Assembly: GCA_902519325.1 (NCBI GenBank)
Contig: CABYJU010000005.1
Location: 8,324 to 72,323 of the forward strand
Length of the DNA: 64,000 nucleotides
From: an uncultured Pelagibacteraceae bacterium
Lineage (GTDB): Bacteria > Pseudomonadota > Alphaproteobacteria > Pelagibacterales > Pelagibacteraceae
Direction: 5' to 3'
Position numbers and translations under genes: made by a program. Below the pieces are notes generated by a model. That model was not told where the DNA came from. It saw only the letters and a list, made by a program, of their open reading frames with translations, and made no database searches. Positions 38,992 through 48,958 of the stretch are shown here, in pieces (positions within the stretch are counted from its first letter, which is position 1; each line of letters begins with the position of its first letter).

Positions 38992-40059
38992 ATGAAAAAC
39001 TTAAAAAAATCAACATTAATAATTACAATATTATCTTTTTTAGCTCTTTTTACATCAGCAAAAGCAGAAATAAAAGTTGTAGCTTCAATTAAGCCTATAC
39101 ACTCTTTAGCTAGCTATCTAATGGATGGAGTTGCTAAACCAGACCTAATAGTCGATGGATATTCTTCACCACATGGATTTCCGTTAAAACCATCTCATGC
39201 AAAGATGTTACAAGAAGCTGATCTTATTTTTTGGGTAGGTGAAGATCTAGAAAACTTCATGGAAAAACCATTAGATTCAATTGCAAAAAAAGCTGAAAAA
39301 ATTGAATTAATGGGAATTAAAGGTCTTAATAAATTAAAATTCAGAGAACGAAATATTTTTGGTGATCATGATGATCATGACGATCACGGACATAAAGAAG
39401 ATGGCCATAAAGAAGATGGCCATAAAGAAGATGATCACGATGATCATGACCATAAAAAGAAAGATGGACATGACGATCATGATGACCATGGACATAAAAA
39501 GAAAGATGACCATGATGACCACGATGATCATGCAGGACATGAAGGTCACCATCACGGTGAGCATGACCCACATATTTGGTTAGATCCAATGAATGCTAAA
39601 GTTATATTAAATGAAATGGCAGAGCATTTAATTGAAAATGATGCTAAGAACGCATCAAAATATAAAAGCAATTTAAAGAAAGCACTAAAAGATATTGATA
39701 AACTTGTTAGTGACGTCTCTTCTGAATTAAATCAGAGTGTTGCATCAATTGTTTTCCATGATGCTTACCAATATTTTGAGAAAAGATTTAATGTTAATAT
39801 ATTGGGTGCTTTTACAGTTAATACAGATGTAATGCCAGGAGCAGAACAATTGGCTGAAATCAGAGAAATAATTGAGCATGATAAAGTAGCTTGTGTATTT
39901 TCTGAACCACAGTTTAATCCAAATATCATTAAAGCTGTAGCAAAAGATATGAATATTAAAACTGGTGTTGTAGACCCATTAGGAGCTACTTTGGATCCTG
40001 GAAAAGACTTATATTTTGATTTAATCAGAAATATGTCTAAATCTTTTAAAGGTTGTTAA
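38992..40059 (+). CDS. znuA: Zinc ABC transporter substrate-binding protein with a long His/Asp loop
   Basis: SIKPIH, SPH, DPHIWLDP, FHDAYQYF, CVFSEPQF. Confidence 0.95.
   Translation: MKNLKKSTLIITILSFLALFTSAKAEIKVVASIKPIHSLASYLMDGVAKPDLIVDGYSSPHGFPLKPSHAKMLQEADLIFWVGEDLENFMEKPLDSIAKKAEKIELMGIKGLNKLKFRERNIFGDHDDHDDHGHKEDGHKEDGHKEDDHDDHDHKKKDGHDDHDDHGHKKKDDHDDHDDHAGHEGHHHGEHDPHIWLDPMNAKVILNEMAEHLIENDAKNASKYKSNLKKALKDIDKLVSDVSSELNQSVASIVFHDAYQYFEKRFNVNILGAFTVNTDVMPGAEQLAEIREIIEHDKVACVFSEPQFNPNIIKAVAKDMNIKTGVVDPLGATLDPGKDLYFDLIRNMSKSFKGC
39364..39566 (+). repeat. His/Asp-coding low-complexity tandem repeats within znuA
   Basis: CATAAAGAAGATGGC repeated about 2.9 times (39391-39433) plus GAYGAYCAY repeats. 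Confidence 0.85.
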
Positions 40060-40102
40060 TTAAAAATTGAACTTTTGCCGTAAATAATATCTAATATTAT
40101 TT

Positions 40103-41101
40103 ATGGCAACCGTTCCTTTAAGTTTAGAAGAAATTTTTCATTTAGCTAAAAAAACATTAATAGCTAACGGATGCGATGAAGAAACAGCAGATACTTTATC
40201 TACTTTAATCAAAAATGCTGAAAGAGATGGATCATTATCTCATGGTCTATTTAGATTACCCGCTTATGTATCTGGTTTAAAAAGCGGAAAAATTAATGGT
40301 AAGGCTAGACCAGTGATTTCAAAATTAACCCCAAGTGTTGTTAAAGCAGATGGGAAAAATAGTCTTGCCCCAATGGTTTTAAAATATGGAATACCAGAAC
40401 TCGTAAAAGCTGCAAAAGAAAATGGAGTTGCAGTTTTAGCAATTACTAATTCTCATCATATGGCTGCTATGTGGCCTGAGACTGAAGCAATAGCAGAGCA
40501 AGGACTTGTTGCTTTTGCCTGTACATCATATAAGCCAGCAGTTGCACCAGCAGGAGCAATTAAACCTTTATTTGGAACAAACCCAATTTCATTTGCTTGG
40601 CCAAGAAAAAATAAACCACCTGTAGTTTATGATATGGCTACTGCATCGATGGCCATGGGAGAGGTTCAAGTTGCAAAAAGAGAAGGGCACAAGGTCCCAA
40701 TAGGAACTGGTTTAACTAAAGATGGAAAAGAAACAACAGATCCTGGTGAAATAGCAGATGGTGGAGTTTTGTTGCCATTTGGCGGCTATAAAGGCTCAGG
40801 AATAGCAATGATGGTCGAATTACTTGCTGGAGCCTTAGTAGGAGATAATTTTAGTTATGAGACGGCTGAGAAGGATACAGATGATGGTGGACCACCAAGT
40901 GGTGGAGAGTTTATTTTGGCAATATCTCCTGACAAATTAACAAATTCTGATTGGGATAGTCATTCAAATAAATTCTTTGAGAAAATGAAATCAATGGGAG
41001 AGGTTAGATTGCCAGGTGAAAGACGTCACAAAAACAGATTAAATACTGGACCTAGAAATATTAATGAGGAACTTGTTAATAAAATAAAATCTTTAAGTTA
41101 A
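40103..41101 (+). CDS. Ldh_2 family oxidoreductase (DpkA/ComC/AllD-like)
   Basis: SHG..R, NSHH, FGTNPI, DMATAS, GGYKGSG, RLPG. Confidence 0.88.
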   Translation: MATVPLSLEEIFHLAKKTLIANGCDEETADTLSTLIKNAERDGSLSHGLFRLPAYVSGLKSGKINGKARPVISKLTPSVVKADGKNSLAPMVLKYGIPELVKAAKENGVAVLAITNSHHMAAMWPETEAIAEQGLVAFACTSYKPAVAPAGAIKPLFGTNPISFAWPRKNKPPVVYDMATASMAMGEVQVAKREGHKVPIGTGLTKDGKETTDPGEIADGGVLLPFGGYKGSGIAMMVELLAGALVGDNFSYETAEKDTDDGGPPSGGEFILAISPDKLTNSDWDSHSNKFFEKMKSMGEVRLPGERRHKNRLNTGPRNINEELVNKIKSLS

Positions 41102-41869
41102 TTCAATTTCAATTGGTGTGTGATCCGAAGGTTTTTGTCTTCCACGAGGAAATTTATTAATTTTTACATCTTTCACAAGATTTATAATTGAGTTTGAAAC
41201 TAAGAAATGATCAATTCTCATGCCATTATTTTTTTGCCATGCACCGCTTGTATAATCCCAAAACGTATATCCCTCTTTGTCAGGATGAATATATCTATAT
41301 GCATCATGAAAACCTAAACTTAATAATTCTCTTAATTTTTTTCTTATCTCAAGTCTAAATAATGCATCATTTTCATATCCTTTAGGATTATGAACATCTT
41401 CTGCAGATGGAATTATATTAAAATCACCACCAATAATTATATTTTCTTTTTTTTTTAAATAAGCTTTTAATTTCTTAATTAAACTTTCTAACCAATATAA
41501 TTTATAAGTATATTTTTCTGTATCAACAGGATTTCCATTGGGTGTGTATATATTTATTAATTTAATAGTTTTTGATTTATGTTTTAGATCTGCAGTAATA
41601 ATTCTAGATTGTTTATTTTTGTCTTTAAAAATATCTTTTTCAATTTTGTCTAATTTTTTTTTAGAAATTATCGCAACTCCATTATATGATTTTTGACCAA
41701 ATACATAATTCTGGTAATTTGATTTTTCAAAGTCTTCGTAAGGATAGTTTTCATCTTGAGCTTTGATCTCTTGCATCATTAAAATATCTGGTGAATATTT
41801 TTTTAGATACTCTTTAATATTTTCAATTCTTGCTCTTACAGAGTTAACATTCCAGGAACTAATTATCAT
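41093..41869 (-). CDS. xth: Exodeoxyribonuclease III
   Basis: SWNVNS, QEIK, YNGVA, GDFN, RIDH, SDH; start reassigned to the ATG at 41869. Confidence 0.95.
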   Translation of the reverse strand: MIISSWNVNSVRARIENIKEYLKKYSPDILMMQEIKAQDENYPYEDFEKSNYQNYVFGQKSYNGVAIISKKKLDKIEKDIFKDKNKQSRIITADLKHKSKTIKLINIYTPNGNPVDTEKYTYKLYWLESLIKKLKAYLKKKENIIIGGDFNIIPSAEDVHNPKGYENDALFRLEIRKKLRELLSLGFHDAYRYIHPDKEGYTFWDYTSGAWQKNNGMRIDHFLVSNSIINLVKDVKINKFPRGRQKPSDHTPIEIELT

Positions 41870-42186
41870 TAAAGCGAGAAAGATACGCCACAACCACAAG
41901 AAGATTTGCTTTGCGGGTTGTTTATTTTAAAAGAATCTCCAATCAATTCTTTTACAAAATCAACTTCAGATCCTTTTAGTAAATCTGCTGATGTTTTGTC
42001 GATAAGGATATTATCTTGTTGTAGATCATCATCCTTAGCGGAGTTATCAAATGAGAAATCATATTGAAATCCAGAGCATCCACCACCTTTAATGGCGATT
42101 CTAAAAAATGACCCTTTATCTTTTGATGATAGAAGATGGTTTATCTGCTTTATAGCATTATCTGTAAATTTAATTTCTTTAATCAT
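41869..42186 (-). CDS. A-type Fe-S carrier (IscA/ErpA family)
   Basis: GGGCSGFQY, SCGCGVSF; start probably the ATG at 42186. Confidence 0.92.
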   Translation of the reverse strand: MIKEIKFTDNAIKQINHLLSSKDKGSFFRIAIKGGGCSGFQYDFSFDNSAKDDDLQQDNILIDKTSADLLKGSEVDFVKELIGDSFKINNPQSKSSCGCGVSFSL

Positions 42187-42235
42187 AATTAAACATTGAT
42201 AAAACAATATAATAATATTTTGCCATTTTTAAAGA

Positions 42236-43354
42236 ATGAAAAATTACTCAAAATTAGGAACATTTGCTTCAAAAGGTAGACTGTTCAAAGAAGCGAGCAA
42301 TCCTTTCAGATCACCTTTTCAAAGAGATAGAGATAGAATAATTCATTCTACCTCTTTTAGAAGATTGAAGCACAAAACTCAGGTATTTGTGAATACTGAA
42401 GGAGATCATTATAGAACCAGAATCACGCATTCCATTGAAGTTTCACAAATTGCTAGAACAATTGCTAAATACTTAGGTTTAAATGATGATTTAGCTGAAA
42501 CATTAAGCTTAGCTCATGATTTAGGTCATACCCCTTTTGGTCATGCGGGAGAAGAGTCCCTAAATGAATGTATGTATGAATATGGTGGATTTGACCACAA
42601 TCTTCAAACACTTAGGATAGTAATGTTCATTGAAAATAAATATTTTAAATTTGAAGGTCTTAATTTAACATTAGAAACATTAGATGGTCTTATTAAACAT
42701 AATGGTCCGGTAACAAAGCTAGTCAAAATAAATAATTTAATTGGTTTGAAAAATTTAAAAAATAAAATTAATTTTTCAAAAAACTCCTCACTGGAGGCTC
42801 AAATTGCATCTATATCTGATGACGTTGCATACAATAACCATGATATTCAAGATGGAATAAAAGCTAAATTATTTACTTTAAACGATCTTAAACAAATCTC
42901 TTTTTTTGATGAAATTTTAAAATCATATAAAAACAAATTAAAAAGTGAAAATAATGATATTCTTGTATATCAAACTATAAGAGACTCTATAAATTTAATG
43001 GTTCAAGACTTAATAAAAACAACGACAAGAAATATTTTAATGAACAAAATATCTACAAAAAAAGATGTATCAAATAAAAAAAATCAAATTGTTGATTTTT
43101 CCAACAAATTAAAAATAACTATAAATGAAATTAGAGATTTTCTTAGAATAACTATGTATAATAATAAAGATGTATTAAAAAAAAATAACGAAGGAAAAAA
43201 GATAATTAAAAAGCTTTTTAGTGTAATTAACAAAAATCCAAAAAAGTATATTAAAACTAAATATTTAAAAACTAACAAAGAAAGAGCTATATCCGATTAT
43301 ATTTCTGGTATGACAGATAGGTACGCCATACAATTATATAGAGCATCAAAATGA
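42236..43354 (+). CDS. dgt: dNTP triphosphohydrolase (dGTPase)
   Basis: FQRDRDRI, RTRITHS, AHDLGHTPFGH, DYISGMTD. Confidence 0.95.
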   Translation: MKNYSKLGTFASKGRLFKEASNPFRSPFQRDRDRIIHSTSFRRLKHKTQVFVNTEGDHYRTRITHSIEVSQIARTIAKYLGLNDDLAETLSLAHDLGHTPFGHAGEESLNECMYEYGGFDHNLQTLRIVMFIENKYFKFEGLNLTLETLDGLIKHNGPVTKLVKINNLIGLKNLKNKINFSKNSSLEAQIASISDDVAYNNHDIQDGIKAKLFTLNDLKQISFFDEILKSYKNKLKSENNDILVYQTIRDSINLMVQDLIKTTTRNILMNKISTKKDVSNKKNQIVDFSNKLKITINEIRDFLRITMYNNKDVLKKNNEGKKIIKKLFSVINKNPKKYIKTKYLKTNKERAISDYISGMTDRYAIQLYRASK

Positions 43355-45081
43355 ATATATTTGAGGAATACTTAAATAAAATTTTAAATAAAATTAAATT
43401 AGCAAGTGAAAAAAAGCTAATTTTATTACCTGAAAGTCTATCTGGTATAAATGTAGATATACCTCCTAAAAAATTTAAGTGTGATCTGTCAACTAATGTT
43501 GCAATGGTTTTATCTAAAACAAATAATGAACCACCAATTAAAATCGCTGAAAAATTGAAAGATATTATTTTTAAAGACGATAATAATATTGAGAAGATAG
43601 AAATAGCAAATCCTGGATTTATAAATATTATTTTAAAAAAAGAGTTTTGGACTACATTTCTTTTAAATATAAATAATCTTAATAATTTTGGTGCATCACT
43701 TAATGGCTCTAAAAAGAAACATTTAATTGAATTCGTGTCAGCAAATCCCACTGGACCATTACATGTCGGCCATTGTAGAGGCGCTATTCTAGGTGATGTT
43801 ATCTCTAATTTGTTAAAATTTAACAATCAAGAAGTTGTAAAAGAATATTACGTAAATGATCATGGTAATCAAATTTTACATTTTACTAGATCTGTATATT
43901 TGAGAATAAAAGAAAAATTAGATAATCAAACCTTTCCACTAAATGAGGATGATTTATATCCAGGAGAATACATCAAGGATATAGCCCAACATATTATAGA
44001 TAATAATAAAGATTTAAAATTTGATGATTATGAAAAAATTAAGTTAACACTTACTAAACTAGCAATTACAGAGTCACTTAAACTCATTAAGACTAATTTA
44101 AATAATTTGGGAATTATTCATGATAATTTTGCGAGTGAGACTGAAATAGTTGAAAATAAAGAGGTTGATAAGGTTATTGAGAAACTTAAAAAAGATAAAT
44201 TTGTATATATAGGAAAAATCAAAGCTCCCGAAGGAGAAGATACAACTAATTGGGTAGAAAGAGATCAATTACTTTTTAGATCAACAGATTTTGGGGATGA
44301 TAAAGATAGGGCATTACAAAAATCTGACAACACATGGACTTATTTTGCTGGAGATGTTGCGTATCATAATACAAAACTAAATAGAAAATTTGATAAATTA
44401 ATAAATATTTTAGGAGCGGATCATGCGGGTTATATAAAAAGAATTACATCTGTTGTTGAAGCATTATCTGGAGAAAAAAATAAATTAATTTGTAAAGTAA
44501 GCCAACTTGTTAAGCTAATAAAAGATGGCAAACCTTTTAAAATGTCTAAAAGAAAAGGTGATTACATTACTGTTGAAGATTTAATTTCTGAAGTTGGAAA
44601 AGATGCAACAAGATTTATTATGCTAAGTAGAAGTAATGATGCTGAATTAGATTTTGATTTTACAAAAGTAAAAGAAAAATCCAAAGACAATCCGCTTTAT
44701 TATGTTCAATATTGTTATGCTAGAATTTCATCGGTTTTTAGAAATATAAATAAAAATATTGATGACAAGATTGATAATGAAAATAAAAATATGCAATTCA
44801 ATAATGAAGAAATTGAAATTTTTAAAAAAATTTCTGAATGGCCAAAATGTGTAGAAATTTCAACTAAAAAACTAGAACCTCATAGGATCCCTGTATATTT
44901 ATATGAGTTATCATCACAGTTTCATTCCTATTGGAATATGGGAAAAGATGATGTTGAAAAAAGATTTATCAATGATGATAAAACAATAAATATAGAAAAA
45001 CTAATATTTTTAAAATCTATTGCAAAAACAATTAAAACTGGAATGGATATTATAGGTGTTGATACACCTGAAAAAATGTAA
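43351..45081 (+). CDS. argS: Arginine--tRNA ligase
   Basis: EFVSANPTGPLHVGH, GADH, KMSKRKG, YVQY. Confidence 0.97.
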   Translation: MNIFEEYLNKILNKIKLASEKKLILLPESLSGINVDIPPKKFKCDLSTNVAMVLSKTNNEPPIKIAEKLKDIIFKDDNNIEKIEIANPGFINIILKKEFWTTFLLNINNLNNFGASLNGSKKKHLIEFVSANPTGPLHVGHCRGAILGDVISNLLKFNNQEVVKEYYVNDHGNQILHFTRSVYLRIKEKLDNQTFPLNEDDLYPGEYIKDIAQHIIDNNKDLKFDDYEKIKLTLTKLAITESLKLIKTNLNNLGIIHDNFASETEIVENKEVDKVIEKLKKDKFVYIGKIKAPEGEDTTNWVERDQLLFRSTDFGDDKDRALQKSDNTWTYFAGDVAYHNTKLNRKFDKLINILGADHAGYIKRITSVVEALSGEKNKLICKVSQLVKLIKDGKPFKMSKRKGDYITVEDLISEVGKDATRFIMLSRSNDAELDFDFTKVKEKSKDNPLYYVQYCYARISSVFRNINKNIDDKIDNENKNMQFNNEEIEIFKKISEWPKCVEISTKKLEPHRIPVYLYELSSQFHSYWNMGKDDVEKRFINDDKTINIEKLIFLKSIAKTIKTGMDIIGVDTPEKM

Positions 45082-45338
45082 TGCTAAAAGAGCTCAAATA
45101 TCTATTTTATTTAATAATTATATTTTTCTTTCTATTCTTTACTTTAAGATATTATTTTTCAGATGATAATTACAAGAAATCATATAGAGCAGTTTCAAGT
45201 ATTGATGAAAAAATATCATCTAACGAAAATAATCTATTTATTCTTAAAAATGACACGGACAATATTATTGAATATGTAGAATACAAAAATAAAAACACTA
45301 AAAAATATTCTTTTTGGGAATTGTTATATAATGATTAA
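45081..45338 (+). CDS. Small single-TM hypothetical protein
   Basis: 85 aa, coupled to argS and nagZ; one N-terminal TM. Confidence 0.7.
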   Translation: MLKELKYLFYLIIIFFFLFFTLRYYFSDDNYKKSYRAVSSIDEKISSNENNLFILKNDTDNIIEYVEYKNKNTKKYSFWELLYND

Positions 45339-46281
45339 AAAAACTAGAGCTTTTATATGTGGCATTAGTGGACATAATTTAAAAAAAAGTGAAGTAAGTT
45401 TTTTAAAAAAATATAAGCCATGGGGAATAATCCTTTTTTCAAGAAATATAAAATCAATCAATCAAGTTCAAAAATTAACTGGTTCGATTAAAAAAATATT
45501 TAAAAACTCTAATTATCCAATTCTAATTGATGAAGAAGGTGGAAGAGTAAGTAGATTAAGAAAATTCATAGATAATTCCATTTTTAGTGCAAAATATTTT
45601 GGTGATTTATATTCAAAAGATAGAAAAAAATTTGATATTTATTTCAATGTTTATGTGAAGCAAATATCCTATTTGTTAAGACTTATTGGTATTAATATTA
45701 ATACAGTTCCTGTATTGGATTTAAGACGAAATAAGTCTCATAAAATTATAGGTGATCGATCCTATTCAAATGATAAAAAAACTCTGTCTAAAATTGGCGA
45801 TATATCTATCGAAAAATTTCACGAAAATAGGGTTGGTACAGTAATTAAACATCTTCCAGGTCATGGTTTGGCTAAAGTTGATAGTCATTATAAATTACCA
45901 GTTATAGACAAAGATCTAAAGTATCTTAAAAAATATGATTTTTTTCCATTTACCGAAAAAAAATCTGTTTTAGGTATGACCGGTCACTTGTTGTTAAAAA
46001 AACTTGACCCAATAAATAACGTTTCACATTCTAAAAAAATCATAAAAATGATTAGAAGAGAAATATCATTCAAAGGAATATTAATGTCAGATGATATTTC
46101 TATGGGTGCTCTTAAAGGTAATTTAAAAAATAACGTTATTAAATCTTTTCGTGCAGGTTGTAATTTGGTGCTTCATTGTAATGGAAAAATGAGAGAAATG
46201 AATGTGGTAGGTCAAAATTCACCTTATATTGATGATTTTATTGTAAAAAAAACTTCTAAATTAATTCAAATAATAAGTTAA
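45331..46281 (+). CDS. nagZ: Beta-N-acetylhexosaminidase (GH3)
   Basis: ILFSRN, DEEGGRV, KHLPGHG, DSH, SDD. Confidence 0.93.
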   Translation: MIKKTRAFICGISGHNLKKSEVSFLKKYKPWGIILFSRNIKSINQVQKLTGSIKKIFKNSNYPILIDEEGGRVSRLRKFIDNSIFSAKYFGDLYSKDRKKFDIYFNVYVKQISYLLRLIGININTVPVLDLRRNKSHKIIGDRSYSNDKKTLSKIGDISIEKFHENRVGTVIKHLPGHGLAKVDSHYKLPVIDKDLKYLKKYDFFPFTEKKSVLGMTGHLLLKKLDPINNVSHSKKIIKMIRREISFKGILMSDDISMGALKGNLKNNVIKSFRAGCNLVLHCNGKMREMNVVGQNSPYIDDFIVKKTSKLIQIIS

Positions 46282-46291
46282 ATTTAAATTC

Positions 46292-47023
46292 ATGAGTGAT
46301 TCTTTAGAATTTAATGTTGATCTTAGTAATTACTCTGGATCATTAGAAATACTTTTAGATTTAGCAAAATCACAAAAAGTTGATTTGGAAAATATATCAA
46401 TCACCAAATTAGCAGATCAATTTCATGATTTTATAACAAAAACTGAAAATTTAAATTTAGAATTAGCCTCAGAATATTTGCTAATGGCTACTTGGTTAAC
46501 TTATCTTAAATCTAAACTACTATTACCAGAAACAGAAGAAGAGGAATTTAAAGCACTTGAAGTGGCAGAGAAATTAAAGCTCCAACTTAAAAAACTAGAA
46601 TTAATAAGATTATTGTCTTCTCAGATGTTGAGCAGAAAAAGATTAGGCAAAGATATTTTTATGAGAGGTTCAAAAAGTGGAATGAGATCAATTTATAATT
46701 CTCAATATTCATTAACATTGTTTGAATTATTAAAAACGTATTCAAATATCGTAATGACAAAAGATTTTCAGAGAATGAATATTCCAAAACTCCCAGTATT
46801 TACTACCGAAGAAGGTATCAAGGTCATAAAAGAATTTTATAATAATTTAAATGATTGGAAAAATATGACTGATCTAATACCAAAAAATTTTAGAAATTCT
46901 AAAACTTTAAGTAAGACAGGTAATGCAGGAATTTTTGCTGGATCTTTAGAGCTTGCAAAAGAAGGTAATATATCTATTAAACAAGATAATTTATTTGAGG
47001 ATATATATATTAAAAAAATCTAA
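46292..47023 (+). CDS. scpA: Segregation/condensation protein A
   Basis: YLLMATWLTYLKSKLLLP, SLELAKEG. Confidence 0.93.
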   Translation: MSDSLEFNVDLSNYSGSLEILLDLAKSQKVDLENISITKLADQFHDFITKTENLNLELASEYLLMATWLTYLKSKLLLPETEEEEFKALEVAEKLKLQLKKLELIRLLSSQMLSRKRLGKDIFMRGSKSGMRSIYNSQYSLTLFELLKTYSNIVMTKDFQRMNIPKLPVFTTEEGIKVIKEFYNNLNDWKNMTDLIPKNFRNSKTLSKTGNAGIFAGSLELAKEGNISIKQDNLFEDIYIKKI

Positions 47024-47715
47024 TGAATAAATTAAAAAAAAATAATGTTGTATCATTTCCATCTAAATTAAGTGATGTTGATAAAGAAATAGAGGCTATT
47101 GTTTTTGCAGCTGCAGAGCCATTAAATATCGAAACTATTGAAAATAAAATTTCAAAAAAAACTGATGTTGAAAAATCTTTACTAAAACTTCAGAATTTTT
47201 ACTCTGATCGCGGAATAAATTTAGTCTGTATATCCAATAAATGGTCTTTCAGAACTTCACCAAATTTATCCTCATTAATGTCTCAACAAAAAACTGTTGA
47301 AAAAAAACTATCAAAGGCTGCGATAGAAACACTTGCAATTATTGTTTATCATCAACCAGTCACTAGAGCTGAAATAGAAGAAATTCGTGGAGTTGCTTTC
47401 GGGAATAATACTCTTGAGATATTGATGGAATTGAACTGGGTCAGACCTCAAGGTCGAAAAGATGCCCCTGGTAAACCTATTCAATATGGAACAACAGATG
47501 ACTTTTTAAGTCATTTCAATCTCCAAAAATTGTCAGATCTTCCAACCGTTGATGAATTAGGAACCGCAGGTCTTATTGATACATCTAGTGTAGATGCATC
47601 TATATTTGGAACAGGCAAATTCTATAAAGAAAAACAAGAGGATAAAAAGGAAAATATATACTCTGATATAGATGAGATGCTTAATAGCACTCTTAATACC
47701 GATAACGATAAATAA
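47023..47715 (+). CDS. scpB: Segregation/condensation protein B
   Basis: LSKAAIETLAII.YHQPVTRAEIEEIRGV, YGTT..FL. Confidence 0.95.
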   Translation: MNKLKKNNVVSFPSKLSDVDKEIEAIVFAAAEPLNIETIENKISKKTDVEKSLLKLQNFYSDRGINLVCISNKWSFRTSPNLSSLMSQQKTVEKKLSKAAIETLAIIVYHQPVTRAEIEEIRGVAFGNNTLEILMELNWVRPQGRKDAPGKPIQYGTTDDFLSHFNLQKLSDLPTVDELGTAGLIDTSSVDASIFGTGKFYKEKQEDKKENIYSDIDEMLNSTLNTDNDK

Positions 47716-47757
47716 AAAAATAGTTTTAAAACTAAAATTATAAGGTTATAAGTAATT

Positions 47758-47955
47758 ATGAGTATAGGATTTTGGCAAATTGCAATTGTAGTTATTTTAG
47801 TAGTATTACTTTTTGGTAGAGGTAAAATCTCTAGTCTTATGGGTGATGTTGCTAAAGGAATTAAAAGTTTTAAAAAAGGTATGGCTACAGATGCAACAGA
47901 AGATAGCCAACCAAAAAATATATCTGAAAATCAAGACTCAGACAAAAAAGAGTAA
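47758..47955 (+). CDS. tatA: Twin-arginine translocase subunit A
   Basis: [23 protein letters not shown]. Confidence 0.95.
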   Translation: MSIGFWQIAIVVILVVLLFGRGKISSLMGDVAKGIKSFKKGMATDATEDSQPKNISENQDSDKKE

Positions 47956-47958
47956 TCA

Positions 47959-48195
47959 ATGCCACAGATCGGCTGGTTTGAAATATTAATAATAGTTTCT
48001 ATTGCAATAATAGTTGTAGGACCAAAAGACTTTCCTGTAATGTTAAAAAAAGTTGGATCATGGATAGGTTCTGCTAAGAGATATTTTTCAGATGTTCAAA
48101 ATCAAGTTACAGAAATAACGGATGTTTCAATTAAAGAAGAATTAAAAAAAAATACTGAAATTATGAAAGAGGATAAACCTAAAGATGACAGCTAA
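47959..48195 (+). CDS. tatB: Twin-arginine translocase subunit B
   Basis: IGWFE...VVGPKDFP. Confidence 0.93.
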   Translation: MPQIGWFEILIIVSIAIIVVGPKDFPVMLKKVGSWIGSAKRYFSDVQNQVTEITDVSIKEELKKNTEIMKEDKPKDDS

Positions 48196-48958
48196 AAAAA
48201 AAGAAACAGGTTTTATAAGTCATCTTACTGAATTAAGACAAAGACTAATACATTCATTTATCTTCTTAGCAGTATTATTTGTAGTTTGTTACTATTTTTC
48301 TGAATACATATATGGATTTTTAGTTGAACCTTACGCTAATGCTGTAAAGGATGATAATGTTGATAGAAGATTAATCTTTACCGCTCTTCAAGAAACATTT
48401 TTAACATATCTTAAAGTTTCTTTTTTTGCTGCTTTCTTTGTGACCAGTCCATATATCCTTATTCAAATTTGGAAATTTATTGCACCAGGATTATACACCC
48501 ATGAAAAGAAAGCAATTATGCCTTACTTAGTAATTACACCAATACTTTTTTTACTAGGAGGTATGCTTGTTTATTATCTAATTATGCCACTAGCATTTAA
48601 ATTCTTTTTATCATTTGAAAGTGCAGGACTTGGGACTAGCTTACCGATTCAATTAGAAGCTAAAGTTAATGAATACTTATCTCTTGTGATGAAGTTAATT
48701 TTTGCATTTGGATTAAGTTTTCAGCTACCAGTTGTATTAAGTTTGCTTGCAAGAATAGGAGTTGTAAATTCAACTTATTTAAGAGAAAGAAGAAAATATT
48801 TTGTTGTAATAATATTTGCTGCTGCTGCAATATTAACTCCACCAGATCCAATTACACAAATAGGTTTAGCAATACCTTTGTTAATTTTATATGAATTGTC
48901 AATTTTTTCTGTAAATATTATCGAAAAGAAAGCTCAAGAGAGAAATGCACAATATTAA
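48185..48958 (+). CDS. tatC: Twin-arginine translocase subunit C
   Basis: HLTELR.RL, FIAPGLY, FQLP, LTPPD. Confidence 0.96.
   Translation: MTAKKKETGFISHLTELRQRLIHSFIFLAVLFVVCYYFSEYIYGFLVEPYANAVKDDNVDRRLIFTALQETFLTYLKVSFFAAFFVTSPYILIQIWKFIAPGLYTHEKKAIMPYLVITPILFLLGGMLVYYLIMPLAFKFFLSFESAGLGTSLPIQLEAKVNEYLSLVMKLIFAFGLSFQLPVVLSLLARIGVVNSTYLRERRKYFVVIIFAAAAILTPPDPITQIGLAIPLLILYELSIFSVNIIEKKAQERNAQY

Noticed and set aside
39334-39589. Three alternative-frame ORFs (Met/Ile-rich or His-rich) overlapping znuA
   Set aside because: Shadows of the GAT/CAT low-complexity repeat; no independent start signals.
43287-43826. 179-aa antisense ORF in argS, and the other 60-120 aa ORFs nested in long genes
   Set aside because: Overlap well-conserved genes; antisense-like composition and no motifs.
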